A stretch of 64,000 nt of DNA from Candidatus Latescibacterota bacterium (GTDB lineage Bacteria > Latescibacterota > UBA2968 > UBA8231). Shown here piece after piece: positions 55,783 through 64,000 of this stretch (its first letter is position 1; each line of letters begins with the position of its first letter). The stretch spans positions 3,968,001-4,032,000 of the forward strand of contig OZ241362.1 in NCBI GenBank assembly GCA_965200315.1. The letters are read 5' to 3'. A model generated the notes under the pieces. The model was not told the origin of the DNA. It searched no databases and saw only the letters and a list, made by a program, of their open reading frames with translations. A program made the translations under genes and the position numbers.

Positions 55783-57741
55783 ATGGACTTGCCCCAAAAG
55801 CCTACCTTGCAAACCGAGCCGGTCTTCAGCGCCAAAGCGCTGATGGCGGGCACCCTAGGGTCGCTGTGCATCGCCGTGGGAGCACCGTACGGCAACATGG
55901 TCATCCGCGGCTCCTACATGTCGATTGATTTCAGCGCCGCGGGTGCCCTGTTCCTTTTCTTCTTATTAACGGGCCTGTTCAACGCCTTGCTGGCGCGCTT
56001 CGTCGCCCCTATAGCCCTCGGTCGCTGCGAGCTCATCGTCGCGTACATTATGATGCTCACGGCCTCGGCCATCCCCACGATGGGCCTCAGCGAGTACTGG
56101 CTGACGATCATCACCGGTGCCCAGTACTACGCCACCCCGGAAAACGAGTGGGCCTTGCTCATCCTGCCGCACCTTCCCGAGTGGATCGCACCACAGGACC
56201 CCGAGGCGATCAAGTGGTTTTACGAAGGAGCACCGCGCACCGCTGGGGTGCCTTGGGCCGCTTGGAGCGGCCCGCTGTGCTATTGGGCCATTCTCATCGT
56301 AGCCCTGTACTTGGTGATGATCTCGTCTATGGTCATTCTGCGCCGCCAGTGGGTGGAGCGGGAGCGGCTAGTTTATCCGCTGGTACAAGTGCCCCTAGCC
56401 ATGGTGCAGAGCGGAGGTCGCGGAGAAACCCTAGGCCCTTTCTTCAAAAATCCTATCATGTGGATCGGCTTTGCCCTGCCCGTGCTCGTCAGTAGCCTCA
56501 ACGCCCTACACGCGTACTTCAACTTCATCCCCGCCATCCAGCTCGTCTCCTCGGTGCCGATCCTGCGCAACACCGTCAGCCTAATTTTCCGCCTGAGCTT
56601 TCCCATGGTCGGGTTCGCCTATCTAATCAACCTCGACATCGCCTTCAGCCTGTGGTTTTTCAACACCATCGCCAAGCTGATCCGCGGGGGGCTGGGCGTT
56701 TTAGGGGTTGGCAGCACCGAAAAGCTGGGCATCTACGGCGCTCCTAGCGAGCCAATTCTCGCCCACCAAGGGCAGGGAGCGATGATCGTCTTAGTGTTCT
56801 TCGGTCTGTGGATCGGCCGCGAGCACCTGCGCGACGTGCTGCGCAAGGCATTCCGGGGCGACAACTGCATCGATGACAGCGGCGAGATGCTATCCTATCG
56901 GGCAGCGGTCTTAACTTGGCTCGCCGGAGTCGCGGTGATGACCATCTGGCTGTGGCAGTCCGGCCTGTCGCTGTGGGTGGCCTTTTTGACCCTGATGCTG
57001 GCCATCCTTATTTTCGTCGGCCTAACTCGAGTGGTAGTAGAGGGAGGCGTGGCAGCGGCGGTCGGGCCGATGATTTCTTCGTCGGCTTTGGTCTCGGCTG
57101 TAGGCTCTTCGGCGATCGGGCCGGCGGGCATGGTGGGCCTCGCGTACACTTATGTGTGGGCGGCGGATATCCGCACGTTTGTCATGGCTTCCTGCGCGCA
57201 CGGTCTCAAGCTAGGCGAGGAGTTGGGGCCGCGGCTACGCCCGCTTTTTTGGTATATGCTGCTGGCGATTGTTGTCAGCATTGTCGGCTCGGTCGCAGCA
57301 ATTTTGTACCTCGCCTACGAATACGGCGGCATCAACCTCAACGCGTGGTTTTTTGGTGGTGGAACTCGCGCCCCTTTTGATTATATTACCACCAAGTTAA
57401 GCGCACCCACCGAGCCGAATATTGATGGCTGGATTCACACTTTTATCGGCGGGGGCATTATGGCCCTGCTCATGTGGGCGCGCCAGCAGCTCTTGTGGTG
57501 GCCTCTGCATCCCATTGGATACCCCATTGGTGCCGTATGGCTGATGGACCAGTTGTGGTTTAGCATTGCCCTCGCTTGGCTCTTAAAGTTGTTGGCGATG
57601 AAATACGGCGGTCCCAGTCTTTTTCGCCGGGCGCGTCCTTTCTTCTTGGGCCTAATCATAGGCCAGTTTTTCATCGCCGGGCTCTGGTTGATTATCGACT
57701 TTTTTACGGGCATGACCGACAATGTGGTCTTCTGGATCTGA
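55783..57741 (+). CDS. DUF6785/DUF6784-like polytopic membrane protein (putative transporter)
   Basis: 652 aa, largely hydrophobic; RRQWVERERLVYPL, WWPLHPIGY, KYGG…RPFFLGLIIG motifs. Confidence 0.75.
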   Translation: MDLPQKPTLQTEPVFSAKALMAGTLGSLCIAVGAPYGNMVIRGSYMSIDFSAAGALFLFFLLTGLFNALLARFVAPIALGRCELIVAYIMMLTASAIPTMGLSEYWLTIITGAQYYATPENEWALLILPHLPEWIAPQDPEAIKWFYEGAPRTAGVPWAAWSGPLCYWAILIVALYLVMISSMVILRRQWVERERLVYPLVQVPLAMVQSGGRGETLGPFFKNPIMWIGFALPVLVSSLNALHAYFNFIPAIQLVSSVPILRNTVSLIFRLSFPMVGFAYLINLDIAFSLWFFNTIAKLIRGGLGVLGVGSTEKLGIYGAPSEPILAHQGQGAMIVLVFFGLWIGREHLRDVLRKAFRGDNCIDDSGEMLSYRAAVLTWLAGVAVMTIWLWQSGLSLWVAFLTLMLAILIFVGLTRVVVEGGVAAAVGPMISSSALVSAVGSSAIGPAGMVGLAYTYVWAADIRTFVMASCAHGLKLGEELGPRLRPLFWYMLLAIVVSIVGSVAAILYLAYEYGGINLNAWFFGGGTRAPFDYITTKLSAPTEPNIDGWIHTFIGGGIMALLMWARQQLLWWPLHPIGYPIGAVWLMDQLWFSIALAWLLKLLAMKYGGPSLFRRARPFFLGLIIGQFFIAGLWLIIDFFTGMTDNVVFWI

Positions 57742-57757
57742 GAAAGGCGTTACAATT

Positions 57758-60700
57758 ATGCCTAAGTTCGCGATGCGGTGGATGGTCTTCGGCTGGATTT
57801 TGGTCGGCGCAGCACTGGCCCCCGCGGACGCCGGGGTCGATTTTGCCGAGCTGGCGCACACGGCCCCGGTCGAGCGCGTACAGCAAACGATGGACACCTT
57901 TGCCGGCTTGGGATCTAGAGTCGCCGGCTATCGAGGCGCCGAGCAAGCGGCCCAGATCGTACAGGAGCGCTTCCGCGCCATCGGCCTCGACGACGTCACA
58001 GTACACGAATACGATGTCTCTATTCCGGTCGATAAGGGCGGATTTCTGCAAGTAGTTGGCAGCGACGAACAAGTGCCAATCCACGGCCTGTGGCCCAACC
58101 TCGTCAAAACCTCGACGCTGCCCGAAGGCGGGATGCCCCGGCGCTTGATAGACGCTGGCGCGGGTGAGTACGCGGACATGGACGGCAAGCAAGTAGAAGG
58201 GTCTGTGGCCCTGATGGACTTCAATTCGGGCGACGCTTGGCTCAATGCCGCTTACCTCGGGGCGCAGGCCATCGTCTTTATCGAGCCGGATTCCACCGTG
58301 TACTTGGAGGGAGAAAAGAAGTTCCTCACCATGCCGCTCGACCTGCCGAGGTTCTGGGTCAATCGCCAAACCGGTCAGCACTTGCGTCACCAGTTGGCGA
58401 CCGAGGGCGAGCAGACGCTCCACCTACAGTACCGCATGGATTGGGAGCGGCGTCCCGCTTGGAATATCCTCGGCACGATTCCCGGATACGATCCCTTACT
58501 GAAAGAAGACGTGATCGTGCTAGAGGCGTACTACGACGCCATGTCAGTAGTGCCGGCCCTCGCCCCAGGTGCCGAGCAAGCCTCTGGCATTACTGCGTTG
58601 TTGGAACTGGCGCGCTATTTCCGTGCGAACCCGCCGGCGCGCACAGTCGTATTCCTCGCCACTTCGGCCCACCACTTGGGCTTGCGCGGGGTCGATGATT
58701 TCATCCAGCGCTACTTGCGCAAAGAGGACCCCTTTATCGAGCACATGCTGGTGAGGCGGGTCGTCGATGCTGCACTCGCACGGAACATGATCGCCCAAGA
58801 CGGCATTCACTACTCCATCGGCGAGGAGGAATTCACCGGTAAGGAATCCCTCGTGCGGGGCGTTGCCGAAGGGCGCACCAACTTGGCCGCGCACGTTGCC
58901 GACGCCGCGCTCGCCGAAGGGCTGCTGAGCCAAGAAGGAGGCGCATTACACGTCGCCGACGAGCAATTCAAAGATCGCGACGAACTGGTCGATGAGTTGC
59001 ATTCGGACGACGACTTGCGCCTCGCGCTCTACAAAACTTGGGTCGATCCCAAAGTCGATTCGCTCGCGGTCAAGCTCTTTATCAGCCTCGACCTTTCGTC
59101 GCAGACCGACGAGCTCGGAGTCTGGAACAGCAATACCAGTTTTTACTACAAGCGCTACTTCGCGCCCTTCGGCAAAAACTTCATGGGTTATGCGCGCAAG
59201 ATCAGCCGCGAGTTGGATTACCAGCGGCGCGACGTGCTAGTCAATGGCATCAGCCCCGAAGGCGGGATGAGTTGGCAAACCTTTGTACCAGGCGAAATAT
59301 CGGTCAACAGCGAATTGGTGTTGGCGACAGGTACGCCGGCGTTGGCCTTTGTCACTGTCAACGACGCACGTTTCCTCGTCGATACGCCCTTAGACCGGGC
59401 CGAGCACGTCAACTACGCCAATCTCGCCAAACAGATCCGGGTGCTCGCCGGCATGTTTGAGATGGCCTTTGAAGACCCAGAGCTTTTCCCGGACTTCAAG
59501 ATGCGCTTGCGCGACACGCTGCGCTCGCTGCGCGGCCGGACTATGGTCTTTCCGCGCCGCAGTATCATCCCCGACTTGCCGCGTGCAGACGCCGTAGCCG
59601 TGGTGCGCAACGGCAAGAAAAAGTCGTATAAAGGCGTGCGCGGCGAGTACTACGAAGTCGTCGATGATAAAGGGGCCTTTTACGTAAATCGGGTGCGGGT
59701 CAATAACGTGCAGATCGAGGGCTACTACATGGACCCGATCACCGGCCGCATCACCTACGCCCCCGACCGCGGCGTACAAGGCGACGAAAGCTACCCGATG
59801 CGGGTCTCCATGGATTGGCGCGACAAGCAATGGATGGTCATTCTCTTCCCCTGCGTACCCTACAACTTTTTCGATATCGTCGATCCACGCTATCTGACCA
59901 AGCTGTCCAACGTGCAGGTCTTCGACGAGACCAACAGCGCACCCGTGGAGTACGGTTATACCATCGGCGAAGGCCCTTCGGCCCAAAACGAGCCGGTCGG
60001 GGTGCTCTTCGCACGGCCTGGTTCGCACATCAAGATGGGGTTCGGTGCTGGCTTGCTGGGATTCCGCTCGCTCCTGCTCAACGCCACCAGCGTAACCGAC
60101 AAGGAAAAGGCCGAGGGCGAGGGCTTTGAGATCCGCCCTGGTACTTCCTTTGCCCGCACGACCTTTCAAGCTGCCCAAGATATGTGGAATCTCGACGAGT
60201 CGCGAATGCGCGAGCTGCGGAGCTTTGCCATTGAAAACCAGCGCCTCAACGACCTCCACTATCGCGCCGAAGCCGAGCTAACCCAAGCCGCCGAGGCTGA
60301 GACTGAGCAGCGCTGGGGCGATTTCGTGCGCCACACGCGCGCGGCCTTCGGGCTGGAGTCGCGCGCCTATCCAGACGTCAAATCCACCCAAAACGACGTC
60401 ATTCAGGGCATTATCTTCTTTATGGCCCTCGTCATTCCCTGCGCCTTTTTTACTGAGCGGCTCATTTTTACGGCGGCCACGATCCGCAATCAGATCATCG
60501 GCTTTGTCGGGGTTTTCCTAGCGATCTGGATCGTGCTGTGGCTGGTGCATCCGGCCTTTCAGCTATCCAATCCCTTCGTCATTCTGCTGGCCTTTATCAT
60601 CATCGCCTTGGCAGTACTGGTGATGTCGATCATCTCCGGCCGCTTTAACGAGCAGATGAAGAAGCTGCGCACCGAGGTAGCCGTGATCCACGACACGGAC

Positions 60701-62515
60701 GTCAGCCGCTCTTCGGCCTCGCTGACGGCCTTCCAGCTCGGGATTTCCAACATGAAGCGGCGCAAGACGCGCACGGTCCTCACCTTTACCACGCTCTTGC
60801 TGCTGACCTTTACGGTGCTCTCCTTCACCTCCATCCGCACGGGCTTGCGGTTCAATCAAATCAGCCGCGACAACGAGGGGCTCTACGAGGGCATCCTCAT
60901 CCGCAGCAAGGCGTGGAATCCAATGGAGGATTCAGTCCTCGAATACGCCCGCAGCAATTTCGGCGATCGGGCCGCGGTCGCGCCGCGCAGTTGGTACAGC
61001 AATAAAGCCAAAGCGCACATCAAAATAAAACACGGGGAAAAGGCCCATAACGCGCTCGGCGTCCTAGGTTTAGCGCCCGAGGAGACTCAAGTCACTCGGC
61101 TCAACCAAGCCCTAGTCGCCGGCCGCTGGTTTGAACCGGGCGAGGACAAGGCCTGCATCCTGCCCATCGACATGGTCAAGGAGGCCCATCTCAATGTCGA
61201 TTTGGCCGACGTTGGCCAAGCGCAAGTCCGGGTCTTCGGCGACTTGTTCACGGTGGTGGGCGTCATCGACTCTAAGCGCATGAAGGACCTCAAAGACCTC
61301 GACGACGAAATCTTGACACCGGCCGACTTCGCCGTCACTGGCGGTCAGGCGGTGCAGGAAATAGCCGAGGAAGAACAGCGCGAGAAACAAGGTCTGGAGG
61401 ACGCCAAGGTCGTCATCAAACCCTTCGTCCACATAGAGCCAGCCAACACCCTAATTATTCCCTACCACACGCTGCGCAACGTCGGCAGCGGCAACCCGCT
61501 ACAGTCGGTAGCCGTGCGCTTCCCCGAGGGCAGCGATGTGCGCGGCGAGGTCGAGGATTTCCTCTCGCGCCTCGCGGTAACGCTGTTCGCCGGAGTCAAG
61601 GAGGCCGGCGATGAATACATCAAAGTGTCGATCTATTCATCGCTGGGCATGACCTCCTTTTCCGGAATGAGCAATTTGTTCATCCCCATGCTGATCGCCT
61701 CGCTTATTGTGCTCAACACCATGATGGGTAGCGTGTACGAGCGCTTCCGCGAAATAGGCATCTATTCCTCGGTGGGCCTAGCCCCCGGCCACATCTCTTG
61801 GCTCTTTATCGCCGAAAGTTGCGTCTATTCGGTGCTGGGCGTGGTCGCCGGTTATCTCAGCGGCCAAGTAATCGCCAAAGTGCTCATCGAATTCGACCTT
61901 TTGGGTGGCTTCACGCTCAACTACTCCTCAGTGGCTGCGGTGCTCTCCTGTATGCTGGTGATGGCCGTGGTCATGCTCTCGACGATCTATCCAGCGCGCA
62001 AGGCTTCGCAAATGGCCGTACCAGACGTGACCCGCAAGTGGAAGCTGCCGCCGCCCGACGGCGACCAGTGGGATTTCGAGTTCCCCTTTACGGTCAGCGG
62101 CCACGAGGTCTTGGGCTTGAGCGTATTCCTCATCGGCTACTTCGACTCCTACAGCGAGGAATCCATCGGCACCTTCTACACCGACGGTGCCCAGCTAAAC
62201 CGCGAAGAAACGCCCAACGGCGAAGGATACATTATCGACATGAATATATGGCTGGCTCCTTTCGACTTGGGCGTCAGCCAACACGTCACCGTGCAGGCCA
62301 TGCCAGAGGCCGAACACAACATCTACTCAGTCGGCCTGCAAATCAAGCGACTCAGCGGCGAGGATGCCTCGTGGCGGCGGGTCAACCAGCGCTTTATGAA
62401 CGTCATTCGCAAACAGTTCCTCATCTGGCGCACAGTGGATGCCGAGGCCAAAGAAGGCTACCGCCAACAGGGCGCGGAAATTCTGCAAGGGCTGCGCAGC
62501 GAAGTGTCGGCGTAA
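57758..62515 (+). CDS. M28-peptidase-like ectodomain fused to a MacB/FtsX-like permease (~1585 aa)
   Basis: Signal peptide; PA-like and M28 fold (SRVAG, NILG, ALLELAR); transmembrane block; NMKRRKTRT; periplasmic domain; NTMMGSVYERFREIG…GLAP…YPARKAS FtsX motif. Confidence 0.82.
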   Translation: MPKFAMRWMVFGWILVGAALAPADAGVDFAELAHTAPVERVQQTMDTFAGLGSRVAGYRGAEQAAQIVQERFRAIGLDDVTVHEYDVSIPVDKGGFLQVVGSDEQVPIHGLWPNLVKTSTLPEGGMPRRLIDAGAGEYADMDGKQVEGSVALMDFNSGDAWLNAAYLGAQAIVFIEPDSTVYLEGEKKFLTMPLDLPRFWVNRQTGQHLRHQLATEGEQTLHLQYRMDWERRPAWNILGTIPGYDPLLKEDVIVLEAYYDAMSVVPALAPGAEQASGITALLELARYFRANPPARTVVFLATSAHHLGLRGVDDFIQRYLRKEDPFIEHMLVRRVVDAALARNMIAQDGIHYSIGEEEFTGKESLVRGVAEGRTNLAAHVADAALAEGLLSQEGGALHVADEQFKDRDELVDELHSDDDLRLALYKTWVDPKVDSLAVKLFISLDLSSQTDELGVWNSNTSFYYKRYFAPFGKNFMGYARKISRELDYQRRDVLVNGISPEGGMSWQTFVPGEISVNSELVLATGTPALAFVTVNDARFLVDTPLDRAEHVNYANLAKQIRVLAGMFEMAFEDPELFPDFKMRLRDTLRSLRGRTMVFPRRSIIPDLPRADAVAVVRNGKKKSYKGVRGEYYEVVDDKGAFYVNRVRVNNVQIEGYYMDPITGRITYAPDRGVQGDESYPMRVSMDWRDKQWMVILFPCVPYNFFDIVDPRYLTKLSNVQVFDETNSAPVEYGYTIGEGPSAQNEPVGVLFARPGSHIKMGFGAGLLGFRSLLLNATSVTDKEKAEGEGFEIRPGTSFARTTFQAAQDMWNLDESRMRELRSFAIENQRLNDLHYRAEAELTQAAEAETEQRWGDFVRHTRAAFGLESRAYPDVKSTQNDVIQGIIFFMALVIPCAFFTERLIFTAATIRNQIIGFVGVFLAIWIVLWLVHPAFQLSNPFVILLAFIIIALAVLVMSIISGRFNEQMKKLRTEVAVIHDTDVSRSSASLTAFQLGISNMKRRKTRTVLTFTTLLLLTFTVLSFTSIRTGLRFNQISRDNEGLYEGILIRSKAWNPMEDSVLEYARSNFGDRAAVAPRSWYSNKAKAHIKIKHGEKAHNALGVLGLAPEETQVTRLNQALVAGRWFEPGEDKACILPIDMVKEAHLNVDLADVGQAQVRVFGDLFTVVGVIDSKRMKDLKDLDDEILTPADFAVTGGQAVQEIAEEEQREKQGLEDAKVVIKPFVHIEPANTLIIPYHTLRNVGSGNPLQSVAVRFPEGSDVRGEVEDFLSRLAVTLFAGVKEAGDEYIKVSIYSSLGMTSFSGMSNLFIPMLIASLIVLNTMMGSVYERFREIGIYSSVGLAPGHISWLFIAESCVYSVLGVVAGYLSGQVIAKVLIEFDLLGGFTLNYSSVAAVLSCMLVMAVVMLSTIYPARKASQMAVPDVTRKWKLPPPDGDQWDFEFPFTVSGHEVLGLSVFLIGYFDSYSEESIGTFYTDGAQLNREETPNGEGYIIDMNIWLAPFDLGVSQHVTVQAMPEAEHNIYSVGLQIKRLSGEDASWRRVNQRFMNVIRKQFLIWRTVDAEAKEGYRQQGAEILQGLRSEVSA

Positions 62516-62528
62516 GGGAGGATAGCGA

Positions 62529-64000
62529 GTGCTCGGAAGAAAAAACAGAAACCCGAACCAAGAGATCGAAGAATATCGGGATCTAATGCAGGTCCCGGAC
62601 CACTTCGAGGACGGCTTCACGATCAAGGCCGTCCTCGGCGTGCTCTTCGTCGCTTTCATCATGGTGCCGGGCAATATGTACTTAAGCCTTATGATCGGAG
62701 GCTCTTTGGGGGCGGCGGCCGAGTGGGTGACCATCATCCTCTTCGCCGAAATCACCAAGCGCTCCTTCTCCTCCCTCCGGCGCCAAGAAGTCTATGTGCT
62801 GTTCTACGTGGCTTCCTCGCTGATTGCCGCTGAGACCGGCGCCTTTGAGGGCTTGCTCTACAACCAGTACTTGGTGCAATCGCCGGCGGCCAAGCAGTTC
62901 GGCATCACCAAGCTGATCCCCACTTGGGTGGCACCGCCGGCCGACTCTCTCGCCATCATTGAGCGCACCTTCCTGCACTCGGATTGGGCGATGCCGATCG
63001 TCCTCCTAGTCTTGGGGATGATCATCTCGCGCATCAACTGGTTCACTATGTCGTACGCGCTCTTCCGGCTCAGCTCCGACTACGAGCGCCTGCCCTTTCC
63101 CTTCGCGCCCGTAAACGCCCAAGGCGCTACGGCACTAGCTGAGACCACCCAAGGGGTTGAGACGTGGCGCTGGCGAGTATTTTCGGCCGGGGCGATGATC
63201 GGCTTGGTCTTTGGCACGATCTACGTAGCCTTGCCGGCCATTACGGGTGCGCTGCTGACCGAGCCGATTCAACTCATACCCATTCCCTTTGTTGACTTCA
63301 CGCAAGTCACCGGCAACTTCATCCCGGCCACTCCGCTGGGGTTTTCCGCGCACTTGGGGCCGATCTTCACCGGGCTAGTGGTCCCGTTCTGGGGAGTAGT
63401 CGGCACCTTTATCGGCGTGGTCGTCGCCTCAATCGCCAATCCGCTGCTCTATACTTGGACGCCTCCGTGGCGCGAGGACGAGGGGCCTTACCTGAACTTG
63501 TGGCAGCAAGGCATGGGCACGGTCGAGACCTTCTTCGTCAACAACGTCGATTTCTGGATGAGTTTCGGCATCGGCACCACCATCGCCATCGCCGTCATCG
63601 GCATCTATCAGGTATTTCAAAGCGTGCGCAGTGCTAGGGCCAACACCGATGAAGGCGAGCTCAAGCGCAGCTTCGCCACGCCCGCGGGCCGTGGCGATTT
63701 CCCTATCTGGCTGGCGCTGGCACTATACGCCGTGGCCACGGCTGGCCTGATCGGCATCGCCGCTTGGCTACTGCCGGGCATTTCCCAATTCATCTGGTTC
63801 TTCCTCTTTTTTGGTTTTGTATTCACGCCCTTTCAGTCCTTCGTCAACGCCCGCCTAGTCGGGATGGTGGGGCAGACGGTGGATATCCCCTTCGTGCGCG
63901 AGGCCACGATTATCTTCTCTGGGTACCGCGGCGTCGACATCTGGTTCATTCCGTTTCCCTTGGGTAACTACGGTGCCCAGACCATGAAATTCCGCGAGAT
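62529..64000 (+). CDS. OPT-like 'peptide transporter' polytopic membrane protein, runs off the right edge
   Basis: RBS GGGAGG then GTG 62529; MLGRKNRNPNQEIEEYRDLMQVPDHFEDGFTIKAVLG…; frame open to the window end; AAEWVTIILFAE, DYERLPFP motifs. Absent from the ORF track because there is no stop. Confidence 0.78.
   Translation, partial: MLGRKNRNPNQEIEEYRDLMQVPDHFEDGFTIKAVLGVLFVAFIMVPGNMYLSLMIGGSLGAAAEWVTIILFAEITKRSFSSLRRQEVYVLFYVASSLIAAETGAFEGLLYNQYLVQSPAAKQFGITKLIPTWVAPPADSLAIIERTFLHSDWAMPIVLLVLGMIISRINWFTMSYALFRLSSDYERLPFPFAPVNAQGATALAETTQGVETWRWRVFSAGAMIGLVFGTIYVALPAITGALLTEPIQLIPIPFVDFTQVTGNFIPATPLGFSAHLGPIFTGLVVPFWGVVGTFIGVVVASIANPLLYTWTPPWREDEGPYLNLWQQGMGTVETFFVNNVDFWMSFGIGTTIAIAVIGIYQVFQSVRSARANTDEGELKRSFATPAGRGDFPIWLALALYAVATAGLIGIAAWLLPGISQFIWFFLFFGFVFTPFQSFVNARLVGMVGQTVDIPFVREATIIFSGYRGVDIWFIPFPLGNYGAQTMKFRE

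Overview
This is a GC-rich bacterial chromosome segment. The gene content (many TIM-barrel hydrolases, dockerin-like secreted proteins, CRTAC1, DUF2723, DUF6785) suggests a Latescibacterota/Gemmatimonadota-like lineage; this is an inference. Housekeeping genes include a double-length uvrA, a D,D-carboxypeptidase gene, rlmH, hpt, recA, radA, prmC, prfA, rpmE2, rho, dnaG, mpl, hisC and relA/spoT, plus three tRNAs (Val-GAC, Ile2-CAT, Val-CAC). There are two accessory patches. The first is a restriction-modification locus at ~1.7-7.1 kb: an AT-rich orphan methyltransferase, an internally deleted endonuclease remnant with attC-like ends, and a Type IIG fusion enzyme. The second is a decayed islet with a GH5 gene downstream of tRNA-Val(GAC). 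The best candidate for an undescribed system is the membrane operon at 54.8-64 kb. It comprises a NusG-II/Gx pair, a DUF6785-like polytopic protein, a ~1585-aa fusion of a nicastrin/nicalin-like M28 domain with a MacB/FtsX permease, and an OPT-like transporter. In the fusion the M28 metal ligands are altered, and a tandem 45-aa insert resembles the RecA C-terminal domain. Other notable items are a candidate structured ncRNA upstream of uvrA, an atypical RecA with a putative SOS box and a small downstream gene, and paired Fn3/dockerin-like proteins. All family assignments are from motif recognition by eye, not database searches.
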